NCBI GenBank assembly: GCA_964016885.1
Contig: OZ024743.1
Span: forward strand, 133,796,001-133,860,000
Direction: 5' to 3'
DNA: 64,000 nucleotides
Source: Eledone cirrhosa
Taxonomy: Eukaryota
The position numbers were made by a program, and so were the translations under genes. Numbering within the stretch: the first letter of the stretch is position 1; every line of letters starts with the position of its first letter. The notes beneath the pieces were generated by a model. The model ran no database searches. It was not told the origin of the DNA and saw nothing but the letters and a program-made list of their open reading frames with translations. Below, one piece after another: positions 1 through 11,729 of the stretch.

Positions 1-1004
1 TGGTGTTAGTTGTTTGGTGCTTGGTGCTTCGTGTTTGGTGTTTGGTTCTTGGTGCTTGGTATTTGGTGCTTGGTGCTTGCTGCTTGGTGTTTGGTGCTTG
101 GTGATTGATGCTTGGTGTTTGGTGCTTGGTGCTTGGTGTTTGGTTTTTGGTGCTAGGTGCTTGGTGCTTGGTGTTTGGTGCTTGGTGTTTGGTGTTTGGT
201 GCTTGGTGCTTGGTGTTTGGTACTTGGTGCTTGGTGCTTGGTGTTTGGTGCTTGGTGCTTGGTGATTGGTGTTTGGTGTTTGGTGCTTGGTGCTTGGTGT
301 TTGGTGCTTGGTGCTTGGTGCTGGGTGGTTGGTGTTTGGTGCTTGGTGCTTGGTGTTTGGTGCTAGGTGCATGGTGCTTGGTGTTTGGTGCTTGGTGCTT
401 GGTGCTTGGTCTTTGGTGTTTGGTGTTTAGTGCTTGGTGCTTGGTGCTTGGTGCTTGGTGCTTGGTCCTTGGTGTTTGGTGCTTGGTGCTTGGTGTTTGG
501 TGTTTGGTGCTTGGTGCTTGGTGCTTCGTGTTTGGTGTTTGGTGCTTGGTGTCTGGAGCTTGGTGTTTGGTGTTTGGAGCTTGGTGTTTGGTGTTTGGTG
601 CTTGGTGCTTGGTGTTTGGTGCTTGGTGCTTGGTGTTTGTACTTGGTGCTTGGTGCTTGGTGTTTGGTGCTTGGTTCTTGGTGTTTGGTGCTTGGTGTTG
701 GAGCTTGGTGCTTGGTGTTTGGTGCTTGGTGCTTGGTGTTTGTACTTGGTGCTTGGTGCTTGCTGTTTGGTGCTTGGTTCTTGGTGTTTGGTGCTTGGTG
801 TTTGGAGCTTGGTGCTTGGTGTTTGGTGCTTGGTGCTTGGTGTTTGGTGTTTGGTGCCTGGTGCTTGGTGTTTGGTGTTTGGTGCTTGGTGTTTGGTGTT
901 TGGTGCTTGGTGCTTGGTGTTTGTTGCTTGGTACTTGGTGCATGGTGTTTGGTGCTGGGTGCTTGGTGTTTGGTGCTTGGTGTTTGGTGCTTGGTGCTTG
1001 GTGT

Positions 1005-4000
1005 TTGGTGTTTGGTGTTTGATGCTTGGTGTTTTATGCTTGGTGCTTGGTGTTTGGTGCTTGGTGTTTGTACTTGGTGCTTGGTGCTTGGTGTTTTGTG
1101 CTTGGTTCTTGGGGTTTGGTGTTTGGTGCTTGGTACTTGGTGCTTGGTGTTAGGTGTTTGGTGCTTGGTGCTTGGTGTTTGGTGTTTGGTCCTTGGTGCT
1201 TGGTGCTTGGTGTTTAGTGCTTGGTGCTTGGTGTTTGTTGTTTGGTGCTTTCTGTTTGCTGCTTGGTGTTTGCTGCTTGGTGCTTGGTGCTTGGTGTTTG
1301 GTGTTTGGTGCTAGGTGCTTGGTGTTTGGTGTTTGGTGTTTGATGCTTGGTGTTTGGTGCTTGGTGTTTGGTGCTTGGTGCTTGGGGCTTGGTGTTTGGT
1401 GCTTGGTGCTTGGTGCTTGGTGTTTGGTGCTTGGTGCTTGGTGTTTGGTGTTTGGTGTTTGGTGCTTGGTGCTTGGTGTTTGGTGCTTGGTGCTTGGTGC
1501 TGGGTGGTTGGTATTTGGTGCTTGGTGCTTGGTGTTTGGTGCTTGGTGATGGTGCTTGGTGTTTGGTGCTTGGTGCTTGGTGCTTGGTCTTTGGTGCTTG
1601 GTGTTTGGTGTTTGGTGCTTGGTGCTTTGTGTTTGGTGCTTGGTGATTAGTGTTTGGTGCTTGGTACTTGGTGTTTGGTACTTGGTGTTTGGTGTTTGCT
1701 GTTTGGTGTTTGGTGTTTGGTGTTTGCTGTTTGGTGTCTGCTTTTTGGTGTTTGGTGTTTGCTGTATGGTGTTTGCTGTTTCGTGTTTGGTGTTTGCTGT
1801 TTGGTGTTTGGTGTTTGCTGTTTGGTCTTTGGTCTTTGGTGCTTGGTGTTTGGTGTTTGGTGCTTGGTGCTTGGTGCTTGGTGTTTGGTGTTTGGTGTCT
1901 GGTGCTTGGTGTCTGGTGCTTGGTGTTTGGTGTTTGGTGTTTGGTGCTTGGTGTTTGGTGTTTGGTGTTTGGTGTTTGGTGTTTGTTGCTTGGTGCTTGG
2001 TGCTTGGTGTTTGGTGCTTGGTGCTTGGTGTTTGGTGCTGGGTGCTTGGTGTTTGGTGCTTGGTGCTTGGTGTTTGGTGCTTGGTGCTTGGTGTTTGGTG
2101 TTTGGTGTTATATGCTTGGTGTTTGGTGCTTGGTGCTTGGTGTTTGGTGTTTGGTTCTTGATGCTTGGTATTTGGTGCTTGGTGCTTGCTGCTTGGTGTT
2201 TGGTGCTTGGTGATTGATGCTTGGTGCTTGGTGCTTGGTGTTTGGTGTTTGCTGTTTGCTGTTTGGTGTTTGTTGTTTGGTGTTTGTTGTTTGGTGTTTG
2301 CTGTTTGGTGTTTGGTATTTGGTGTTTGCTGTTTGGTGTCTGCTTTTTGGTGTTTGGTGTTTGCTGTATGTTGTTTGCTGTTTGGTGTTTGGTGTTTGGT
2401 GTTTGGTGTTTGGTGCTTGGTGCTTGGTGTTTGGTGCTTGGTGCTTGGTGTTTGGTGCCTGGTGCTTGGTACTTGGTGTTTGGTGTTTGGTGCTTGGTGC
2501 TTGGTGCTTGGAGTTTGGTGTTTGGTGCTTGGTGCTTGGTGTTTTGTGTTTGGTGTTTGGTTTTTGGTGCTTGATGCTTGGTGCTTGGTGCTTAGTCCTT
2601 GGTGTTTGGTGCTTGGTGCTTGGTGTTTGTACTTGGTGCTTGGTGCTTGGTGTTTGGTTCTTGGTTCTTGGTGTTTGGTACTTGGTGCTTGGTGCTTGGT
2701 GCTTGGTGTTAGGTGTTTGGTGCTTGGTGCTTGGTGTTTGGTGCTTGGTGTTTGCTGTCTGGTGTTTGGTGTTTGGTGTTTGGTGTTTGCTGTTTGGTGT
2801 CTGCTTTTTGGTGTTTGGTGTTTGCTGTATGGTGTTTGCTGTTTGGTGTTTGGTGCTTCGTGTTTGGTGTTTGGTCTTTGGTGCTTGGTGTCTGGTGCTT
2901 GATGTTTGGTGTTTGGTGTTTGGTGCTTGGTGCTTGGTGTTTGGTGCTTGGTGCTTGGTGTTTGTACTTGGTGCTTGGTGCTTGGTGTTTGGTGCTTGGT
3001 TCTTGGTGTTTGGTGCTTGGTGTTTGGTGCTTGGTGCTTGGTGTTTGGTGCTTGGTGCTTGGTGTTTGGTGTTTGGTGCTTGGTGCTTGGTGCTTGGTGT
3101 TTGATGCTTGGTGTTTTATGCTTGGTGCTTGGTGTTTGGTGCTTGGTGTTTGTACTTGGTGCTTGGTGCTTGGTGTTTTGTGCTTGGTTCTTGGGGTTTG
3201 GTGTTTGGTGCTTGGTACTTGGTGCTTGGTGTTAGGTGTTTGGTGCTTGGTGCTTGGTGTTTGGTGTTTGGTCCTTGGTGCTTGGTGCTTGGTGTTTAGT
3301 GCTTGGTGCTTGGTGTTTGTTGTTTGGTGCTTTCTGTTTGCTGCTTGGTGTTTGCTGCTTGGTGCTTGGTGCTTGGTGTTTGGTGTTTGGTGCTAGGTGC
3401 TTGCTGTTTGGTGTTTGGTGTTTGATGCTTGGTGTTTGGTGCTTGGTGTTTGGTGCTTGGTGCTTGGGGCTTGGTATTTGGTGCTTGGTGCTTGGTGCTT
3501 GGTGTTTGGTGCTTGGTGCTTGGTGTTTGGTGTTTGGTGTTTGGTGCTTGGTGCTTGGTGTTTGGTGCTTGGTGCTTGGTGCTGGGTGGTTGGTATTTGG
3601 TGCTTGGTGCTTGGTGTTTGGTGCTTGGTGCTTGGTGCTTGGTGTTTGGTGCTTGGTGCTTGGTGCTTGGTCTTTGGTGCTTGGTGTTCGGTGTTTGGTG
3701 CTTGGTGCTTTGTGTTTGGTGCTTGGTGATTAGTGTTTGTTCTTGGTACTTGGTGTTTGGTGCTTGGTGTTTGGTGTTTGCTGTTTGGTGTTTGGTGTTT
3801 GGTGTTTGCTGTTTGGTGTCTGCTTTTTGGTGTTTGGTGTTTGCTGTATGGTGTTTGCTGTTTCGTGTTTGGTGTTTGCTGTCTGGTGTTTGGTGTTTGC
3901 TGTTTGGTCTTTGGTCTTTGGTGCTTGGTGTTTGGTGCTTGGTGCTTGGTGTTTGGTGTTTGGTGCTTGGTGTTTGGTGTTTGGTGCTTGGTGCTTGGTG

Positions 4001-5210
4001 CTTGGTGTTTGGTGCTTGGTGTCTGGTGCTTGGTGTCTGGTGCTTGGTGTTTGGTGTTTGGTGTTTGGTGCTTGGTGTTTGGTGTTTGGTGTTTGGTGTT
4101 TGGTGTTTGTTGCTTGGTGCTTGGTGCTTGGTGTTTGGTGCTTGGTGCTTGGTGTTTGGTGCTGGGTGCTTGGTGTTTGGTGCTTGGTGCTTGGTGTTTG
4201 GTGCTTGGTGCCTGGTGTTTGGTGTTTGGTGTTATATGCTTGGTGTTTGGTGCTTGGTGATTGGTGTTTGGTGTTTGGTTCTTGATGCTTGGTATTTGGT
4301 GCTTGGTGCTTGCTGCTTGGTGTTTGGTGCTTGGTGATTGATGCTTGGTGCTTGGTGCTTGGTGTTTGGTGTTTGCTGTTTGCTGTTTGGTGTTTGTTGT
4401 TTGGTGTTTGTTGTTTGGTGTTTGCTGTTTGGTGTTTGGTATTTGGTGTTTGCTGTTTGGTGTCTGCTTTTTGGTGTTTGGTGTTTGCTGTATGTTGTTT
4501 GCTGTTTGGTGTTTGGTGTTTGGTGTTTGGTGTTTGGTGCTTGGTGCTTGGTGTTTGGTGCTTGGTGCTTGGTGTTTGGTGCCTGGTGCTTGGTACTTGG
4601 TGTTTGGTGTTTGGTGCTTGGTGCTTGGTGCTTGGAGTTTGGTGTTTGGTGCTTGGTGCTTGGTGTTTTGTGTTTGGTGTTTGGTTTTTGGTGCTTGATG
4701 CTTGGTGCTTGGTGCTTAGTCCTTGGTGTTTGGTGCTTGGTGCTTGGTGTTTGTACTTGGTGCTTGGTGCTTGGTGTTTGGTTCTTGGTTCTTGGTGTTT
4801 GGTACTTGGTGCTTGGTGCTTGGTGCTTGGTGTTAGGTGTTTGGTGCTTGGTGCTTGGTGTTTGGTGCTTGGTGTTTGCTGTCTGGTGTTTGGTGTTTGG
4901 TGTTTGGTGTTTGCTGTTTGGTGTCTGCTTTTTGGTGTTTGGTGTTTGCTGTATGGTGTTTGCTGTTTGGTGTTTGGTGCTTCGTGTTTGGTGTTTGGTC
5001 TTTGGTGCTTGGTGTCTGGTGCTTGATGTTTGGTGTTTGGTGTTTGGTGCTTGGTGCTTGGTGTTTGGTGCTTGGTGCTTGGTGTTTGTACTTGGTGCTT
5101 GGTGCTTGGTGTTTGGTGCTTGGTTCTTGGTGTTTGGTGCTTGGTGTTTGGTGCTTGGTGCTTGGTGTTTGGTGCTTGGTGCTTGGTGTTTGGTGTTTGG
5201 TGCTTGGTGC
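1005..5210 (+). repeat. Tandem duplication of a ~2.1 kb higher-order unit (offsets 2082-2124 bp); boundaries approximate
   Basis: Matching ORF pairs at offset 2082 (1026/3108, 1154/3236) and 2124 (2165/4289, 2214/4338, 2221/4345, 2713/4837). Shared rare marker CTTAGTCC near 2591 and 4715. Confidence 0.85.
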
Positions 5211-8200
5211 TTGGTGCTTGGTGTTAGGTGTTTGGTGCTTGGTGCTTGGTGTTTAGTGTTTGTTTCTTGGTGCTTGGTATTTGGTGCTTGGTGCTTGCTG
5301 CTTGGTGTTTGGTGCTTGGTGATTGATGCTTGGTGTTTGGTGCTTGGTGCCCAGTGTTTGGTTTTTGGTGCTAGGTGCTTGGTGCATGGTGTTTGGTGCT
5401 TGGTGTTTGGTGTTTGGTGGTTGGTGCTTGGGGATTGGTGTTTGGTACTTGGTGCTTGGTGCTTGGTGTTTGGTGCTTGGTGCTTGGTGTTTGGTGTTTG
5501 GTGCTTGGTGCTTGGTATTTGGTGCTTGGTGCTTGGTGTTTGGTGTTTGGTGCTTGGTGCTTGGTGTTTGGTGCTTGGTGCTTGGTGCTTGTTGTTTGGT
5601 GATTGGTGCTTGGTGCTTGGTGTTTGGTGTTTGGTGCTTGGGGCTTGGTTTTTGGTGCTGCGTGCTTGGTGCTTGGTGCTTGGTGCTTGGTGCTTGGTGC
5701 TTGGTGTTTGATGCTTGGTGTTTGATGCTTTGTGTTTGGTGTTTGGTGTTTGGTGCTTGGTGTTTGGTGTTTGATGCTTGGTGCTTGATGCTTGGTGCTT
5801 GGTGCTTGGTGTTTGGTGCTTGGTGCTTGTTTTTTGGTGTTTGGTGCTTGGTGCTTGGTGTTTGGTGCTTGGTGCTTGGTGCTTGTTGTTTGATAATTGG
5901 TACTTGGTACTTGGTGTTTGGTGTTTGGTGCTTGGGGCTTGGTGTTTGGTGCTGCGTGCTTGGTGCTTGGTGCTTGGTGCTTGGTGCTTGGTGTTTTGTG
6001 TTTGGTGTTTGATGCTTGGTGCTTGGTGTTTGGTGTTTGGTGCTTGGTGTTTGGTGTTTGCTGTTTGCTGTTTGCTGTTTGGTGTTTGCTGTTTGGTGTT
6101 TGGTGTTTGGTGTTTGCTGTTTGGTGTTTGTTGTTTGGTGTTTGGTGCTTGCTGTTTGGTGCTTGGTGTTTGGTGCTTGGTGCTTGGTGTTTGGTGTTTG
6201 GTGTTTGGTGCTTGGTGCTTGGGGCTTGATTTGGTGCTTGGTGCTTGGTGCTTGGTGTTTGGTGTTTGGTGCTTGGTGTTTGGTGCTTGGTGCTTGGTGC
6301 TGGGTGTTTGGTGCTTGGTGTTTGGTGCATGGTGCTTGGTGCTTGTTGTTTGTCGCTTGTTGCTTGGTGCTTGGTGTTTGGTGCTTGGTGCTTGGTGTTT
6401 GGTGTTTGGTGCTTGGTGCTTGGTGTTTGGTGTTTGGTGCTTGGTGTTTGGTGTTTGGTGCTTGGTGCTTGGTGTTTGCTGCTTGGTACTTGGTGCATGG
6501 TGTTTGGTGCTGGGTGCTTGGTGTTTGGTGCTTGGTGTTTGGTGCTTGGTGCTTGGTGTTTGGTGTTTGGTGTTTGATGCTTGGTGTTTTATGCTTGGTG
6601 CTTGGTGTTTGGTGCTTGGTGTTTGTACTTGGTGCTTGGTGCTTGGTGTTTTGTGCTTGGTTCTTGGTGTTTGGTGTTTGGTGCTTGGTACTTGGTGCTT
6701 GGTGTTAGGTGTTTGGTGCTTGGTGCTTGGTGTTTGGTGTTTGATCCTTGGTGCTTGGTGCTTGGTGTTTAGTGCTTGGTGCTTGGTGTTTGTTGTTTGG
6801 TGCTTTCTGCTTGCTGCTTGGTGTTTGCTGCTTGGTGCTTGGTGCTTGGTGCTTGGTGTTTGGTGTTTGGTGCTAGGTGCTTGGTGTTTGGTGTTTGGTG
6901 TTTGATGCTTGGTGTTTGGTGCTTGGTGTTTGGTGCTTGGTGCTTGGGGCTTGGTGTTTGGTGCTTGGTGCTTGGTGCTTGGTGTTTGGTGCTTGGTGTT
7001 TGGTGTTTGGTGTTTGATGCTTGGTGTTTGGTGCTTGGTGTTTGGTGCTTGGCGCTTGAGGCTTGGTGTTTGGTGTTTGGTGCTTGGTGCTTGGTGTTTG
7101 GTGCTTGGTGCTTGGTGATGGGTGGTTGGTATTTGGTGCTTGGTGCTTGGTGTTTGGTGCTTGGTGCTTGGTGCTTGGTGTTTGGTGCTTGGTGCTTGGT
7201 GCTTGGTCTTTGGTGCTTGGTGTTCGGTGTTTGGTGCTTGGTGCTTTGTGTTTGGTGCTTGGTGATTAGTGTTTGTTCTTGGTACTTGGTGTTTGGTGCT
7301 TGGTGTTTGGTGTTTGCTGTTTGGTGTTTGGTGTTTGGTGTTTGCTGTTTGGTGTCTGCTTTTTGGTGTTTGGTGTTTGCTGTATGGTGTTTGCTGTTTC
7401 GTGTTTGGTGTTTGCTGTCTGGTGTTTGGTGTTTGCTGTTTGGTCTTTGGTCTTTGGTGCTTGGTGTTTGGTGCTTGGTGCTTGGTGTTTGGTGTTTGGT
7501 GCTTGGTGTTTGGTGTTTGGTGCTTGGTGCTTGGTGCTTGGTGTTTGGTGCTTGGTGTCTGGTGCTTGGTGTCTGGTGCTTGGTGTTTGGTGTTTGGTGT
7601 TTGGTGCTTGGTGTTTGGTGTTTGGTGTTTGGTGTTTGGTGTTTGTTGCTTGGTGCTTGGTGCTTGGTGTTTGGTGCTTGGTGCTTGGTGTTTGGTGCTG
7701 GGTGCTTGGTGTTTGGTGCTTGGTGCTTGGTGTTTGGTGCTTGGTGCTTGGTGTTTGGTGTTTGGTGTTATATGCTTGGTGTTTGGTGCTTGGTGCTTGG
7801 TGTTTGGTGTTTGGTTCTTGATGCTTGGTATTTGGTGCTTGGTGCTTGCTGCTTGGTGTTTGGTGCTTGGTGATTGATGCTTGGTGCTTGGTGCTTGGTG
7901 TTTGGTGTTTGCTGTTTGCTGTTTGGTGTTTGTTGTTTGGTGTTTGTTGTTTGGTGTTTGCTGTTTGGTGTTTGTTATTTGGTTGTTGCTGTTTGGTGTC
8001 TGCTTTTTGGTGTTTGGTGTTTGCTGTATGTTGTTTGCTGTTTGGTGTTTGGTGTTTGGTGTTTGGTGTTTGGTGCTTGGTGCTTGGTGTTTGGTGCTTG
8101 GTGCTTGGTGTTTGGTGCCTGGTGCTTGGTACTTGGTGTTTGGTGTTTGGTGCTTGGTGCTTGGTGCTTGGAGTTTGGTGTTTGGTGCTTGGTGCTTGGT

Positions 8201-10674
8201 GTTTTGTGTTTGGTGTTTGGTTTTTGGTGCTTGATGCTTGGTGCTTGGTGCTTAGTCCTTGGTGTTTGGTGCTTGGTGCTTGGTGTTTGTACTTGGTGCT
8301 TGGTGCTTGGTGTTTGGTTCTTGGTTCTTGGTGTTTGGTACTTGGTGCTTGGTGCTTGGTGCTTGGTGTTAGGTGTTTGGTGCTTGGTGCTTGGTGTTTG
8401 GTGCTTGGTGTTTGCTGTCTGGTGTTTGGTGTTTGGTGTTTGGTGTTTGCTGTTTGGTGTCTGCTTTTTGGTGTTTGGTGTTTGCTGTATGGTGTTTGCT
8501 GTTTGGTGTTTGGTGCTTCGTGTTTGGTGTTTGGTCTTTGGTGCTTGGTGTCTGGTGCTTGATGTTTGGTGTTTGGTGTTTGGTGCTTGGTGCTTGGTGT
8601 TTGGTGCTTGGTGCTTGGTGTTTGTACTTGGTGCTTGGTGCTTGGTGTTTGGTGCTTGGTTCTTGGTGTTTGGTGCTTGGTGTTTGGTGCTTGGTGCTTG
8701 GTGTTTGGTGCTTGGTGCTTGGTGTTTGGTGTTTGGTGCTTGGTGCTTGGTGCTTGGTGTTAGGTGTTTGGTGCTTGGTGCTTGGTGTTTAGTGTTTGTT
8801 TCTTGGTGCTTGGTATTTGGTGCTTGGTGCTTGCTGCTTGGTGTTTGGTGCTTGGTGATTGATGCTTGGTGTTTGGTGCTTGGTGCCCAGTGTTTGGTTT
8901 TTGGTGCTAGGTGCTTGGTGCATGGTGTTTGGTGCTTGGTGTTTGGTGTTTGGTGGTTGGTGCTTGGGGATTGGTGTTTGGTACTTGGTGCTTGGTGCTT
9001 GGTGTTTGGTGCTTGGTGCTTGGTGTTTGGTGTTTGGTGCTTGGTGCTTGGTATTTGGTGCTTGGTGCTTGGTGTTTGGTGTTTGGTGCTTGGTGCTTGG
9101 TGTTTGGTGCTTGGTGCTTGGTGCTTGTTGTTTGGTGATTGGTGCTTGGTGCTTGGTGTTTGGTGTTTGGTGCTTGGGGCTTGGTTTTTGGTGCTGCGTG
9201 CTTGGTGCTTGGTGCTTGGTGCTTGGTGCTTGGTGCTTGGTGTTTGATGCTTGGTGTTTGATGCTTTGTGTTTGGTGTTTGGTGTTTGGTGCTTGGTGTT
9301 TGGTGTTTGATGCTTGGTGCTTGATGCTTGGTGCTTGGTGCTTGGTGTTTGGTGCTTGGTGCTTGTTTTTTGGTGTTTGGTGCTTGGTGCTTGGTGTTTG
9401 GTGCTTGGTGCTTGGTGCTTGTTGTTTGATAATTGGTACTTGGTACTTGGTGTTTGGTGTTTGGTGCTTGGGGCTTGGTGTTTGGTGCTGCGTGCTTGGT
9501 GCTTGGTGCTTGGTGCTTGGTGCTTGGTGTTTTGTGTTTGGTGTTTGATGCTTGGTGCTTGGTGTTTGGTGTTTGGTGCTTGGTGTTTGGTGTTTGCTGT
9601 TTGCTGTTTGCTGTTTGGTGTTTGCTGTTTGGTGTTTGGTGTTTGGTGTTTGCTGTTTGGTGTTTGTTGTTTGGTGTTTGGTGCTTGCTGTTTGGTGCTT
9701 GGTGTTTGGTGCTTGGTGCTTGGTGTTTGGTGTTTGGTGTTTGGTGCTTGGTGCTTGGGGCTTGATTTGGTGCTTGGTGCTTGGTGCTTGGTGTTTGGTG
9801 TTTGGTGCTTGGTGTTTGGTGCTTGGTGCTTGGTGCTGGGTGTTTGGTGCTTGGTGTTTGGTGCATGGTGCTTGGTGCTTGTTGTTTGTCGCTTGTTGCT
9901 TGGTGCTTGGTGTTTGGTGCTTGGTGCTTGGTGTTTGGTGTTTGGTGCTTGGTGCTTGGTGTTTGGTGTTTGGTGCTTGGTGTTTGGTGTTTGGTGCTTG
10001 GTGCTTGGTGTTTGCTGCTTGGTACTTGGTGCATGGTGTTTGGTGCTGGGTGCTTGGTGTTTGGTGCTTGGTGTTTGGTGCTTGGTGCTTGGTGTTTGGT
10101 GTTTGGTGTTTGATGCTTGGTGTTTTATGCTTGGTGCTTGGTGTTTGGTGCTTGGTGTTTGTACTTGGTGCTTGGTGCTTGGTGTTTTGTGCTTGGTTCT
10201 TGGTGTTTGGTGTTTGGTGCTTGGTACTTGGTGCTTGGTGTTAGGTGTTTGGTGCTTGGTGCTTGGTGTTTGGTGTTTGATCCTTGGTGCTTGGTGCTTG
10301 GTGTTTAGTGCTTGGTGCTTGGTGTTTGTTGTTTGGTGCTTTCTGCTTGCTGCTTGGTGTTTGCTGCTTGGTGCTTGGTGCTTGGTGCTTGGTGTTTGGT
10401 GTTTGGTGCTAGGTGCTTGGTGTTTGGTGTTTGGTGTTTGATGCTTGGTGTTTGGTGCTTGGTGTTTGGTGCTTGGTGCTTGGGGCTTGGTGTTTGGTGC
10501 TTGGTGCTTGGTGCTTGGTGTTTGGTGCTTGGTGTTTGGTGTTTGGTGTTTGATGCTTGGTGTTTGGTGCTTGGTGTTTGGTGCTTGGCGCTTGAGGCTT
10601 GGTGTTTGGTGTTTGGTGCTTGGTGCTTGGTGTTTGGTGCTTGGTGCTTGGTGATGGGTGGTTGGTATTTGGTG
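3583..10674 (+). repeat. Tandem duplication, period 3536 bp (two copies)
   Basis: Constant ORF offset 3536 (3733/7269, 4289/7825, 5371/8907, 5778/9314, 6581/10117, 7063/10599). Private markers CCCAGTG, TTGATAA, TTGTCGC and TTGAGGC each occur in both copies. 3536 = 506x7 - 6, matching 6 bp of short-monomer deficit that I counted in the unit. Confidence 0.95.
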
Positions 10675-11729
10675 ATTGGTGCTTGGTGTTTGGTGCTTGG
10701 TGCTTGGTGCTTGGTGTTTGGTGCTTGGTGCTTGGTGCTTGGTCTTTGGTGCTTGGTGTTTGGTGTTTGGTGCTTGGTGCTTTGTGTTTGGTGCTTGGTG
10801 ATTAGTGTTTGGTGCTTGGTGCTTGGGGTTTGGTCTTTGGTGCTTGGTACTTGGTGTTTGGTGCTTGGTGTTTGGTGTTTGCTGTTTGGTGTTTGGTGTT
10901 TGGTGTTTGCTGTATGGTGTTTGCTGTTTCGTGTTTGGTGTTTGCTGTTTGGTGTTTGGTGTTTGCTGTTTGGTGTTTGGTCTTTGGTGCTTGGTGTTTG
11001 GTGCTTGGTGCTTGGTGTTTGGTGTTTGGTGCTTGGTGTTTGGTGTTTGGTGCTTGGTGCTTGGTGCTTGGTGTTTGGTGTTTGGTGTTTGGTGCTTGGT
11101 GTCTGGTGCTTGGTGTTTGGTGTTTGGTGTTTGGTGCTTGGTGTTTGGTGTTTGGTGTTTGGTGTTTGGTGCTTGTTGCTTGGTACTTGGTGCTTGGTGT
11201 TTGGTGCTTGGTGCTTGGTGTTTGGTGCTGGGTGCTTGGTGTTTGGTGTTTGGTGTTTGCTGTTTGGTGTTTGGTGTTTGGTGTTTGCTGTTTGGTGTCT
11301 GCTTTTTGGTGTTTGGTGTTGGCTGTATGTTATTTGCTGTTTGGTGTTTGGTGTTTGGTGTTTGGTGCTTGGTGCTTGGTGTTTGGTGTTTGGTGCTTGG
11401 TGCTTGGAGTTTGGTGTTTGGTGCTTGGTGCTTGGTGTTTTGTGTTTGGTGTTTGGTTTTTGGTGCTTGGTGCTTGGTGCTTGTTGCTTGGTCCTTGGTG
11501 TTTGGTGCTTGGTGCTTGGTGTTTGTACTTGGTGCTTGGTGCTTGGTGTTTGGTTCTTGGTTCTTGGTGTTTGGTACTTGGTGCTTGGTGCTTGGTGCTT
11601 GGTGTTTGGTGTTTGGTGCTTGGTGTTTGGTGCCTGGTGCTTGGTGCTTGGTGTTAGGTGTTTAGTGCTTGGTGCTTGGTGTTTGGTGCTTGGTGTTTGG
11701 TGTTTGCTGTTTGGTGTTTGGTGTTTGGT

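Noticed and set aside
1500-1515. GCTGGGTGG landmark resembling E. coli Chi (GCTGGTGG)
   Set aside because: It is not an exact match, it is explained by two substitutions in one monomer, and nothing indicates a bacterial context.
1680-1835. Forkhead-like TGTTTGC and T-box/Rap1-like GGTGT motif clusters as regulatory sites
   Set aside because: Short motif matches are inevitable in this repeat, and there is no gene or organism context to support a regulatory call.
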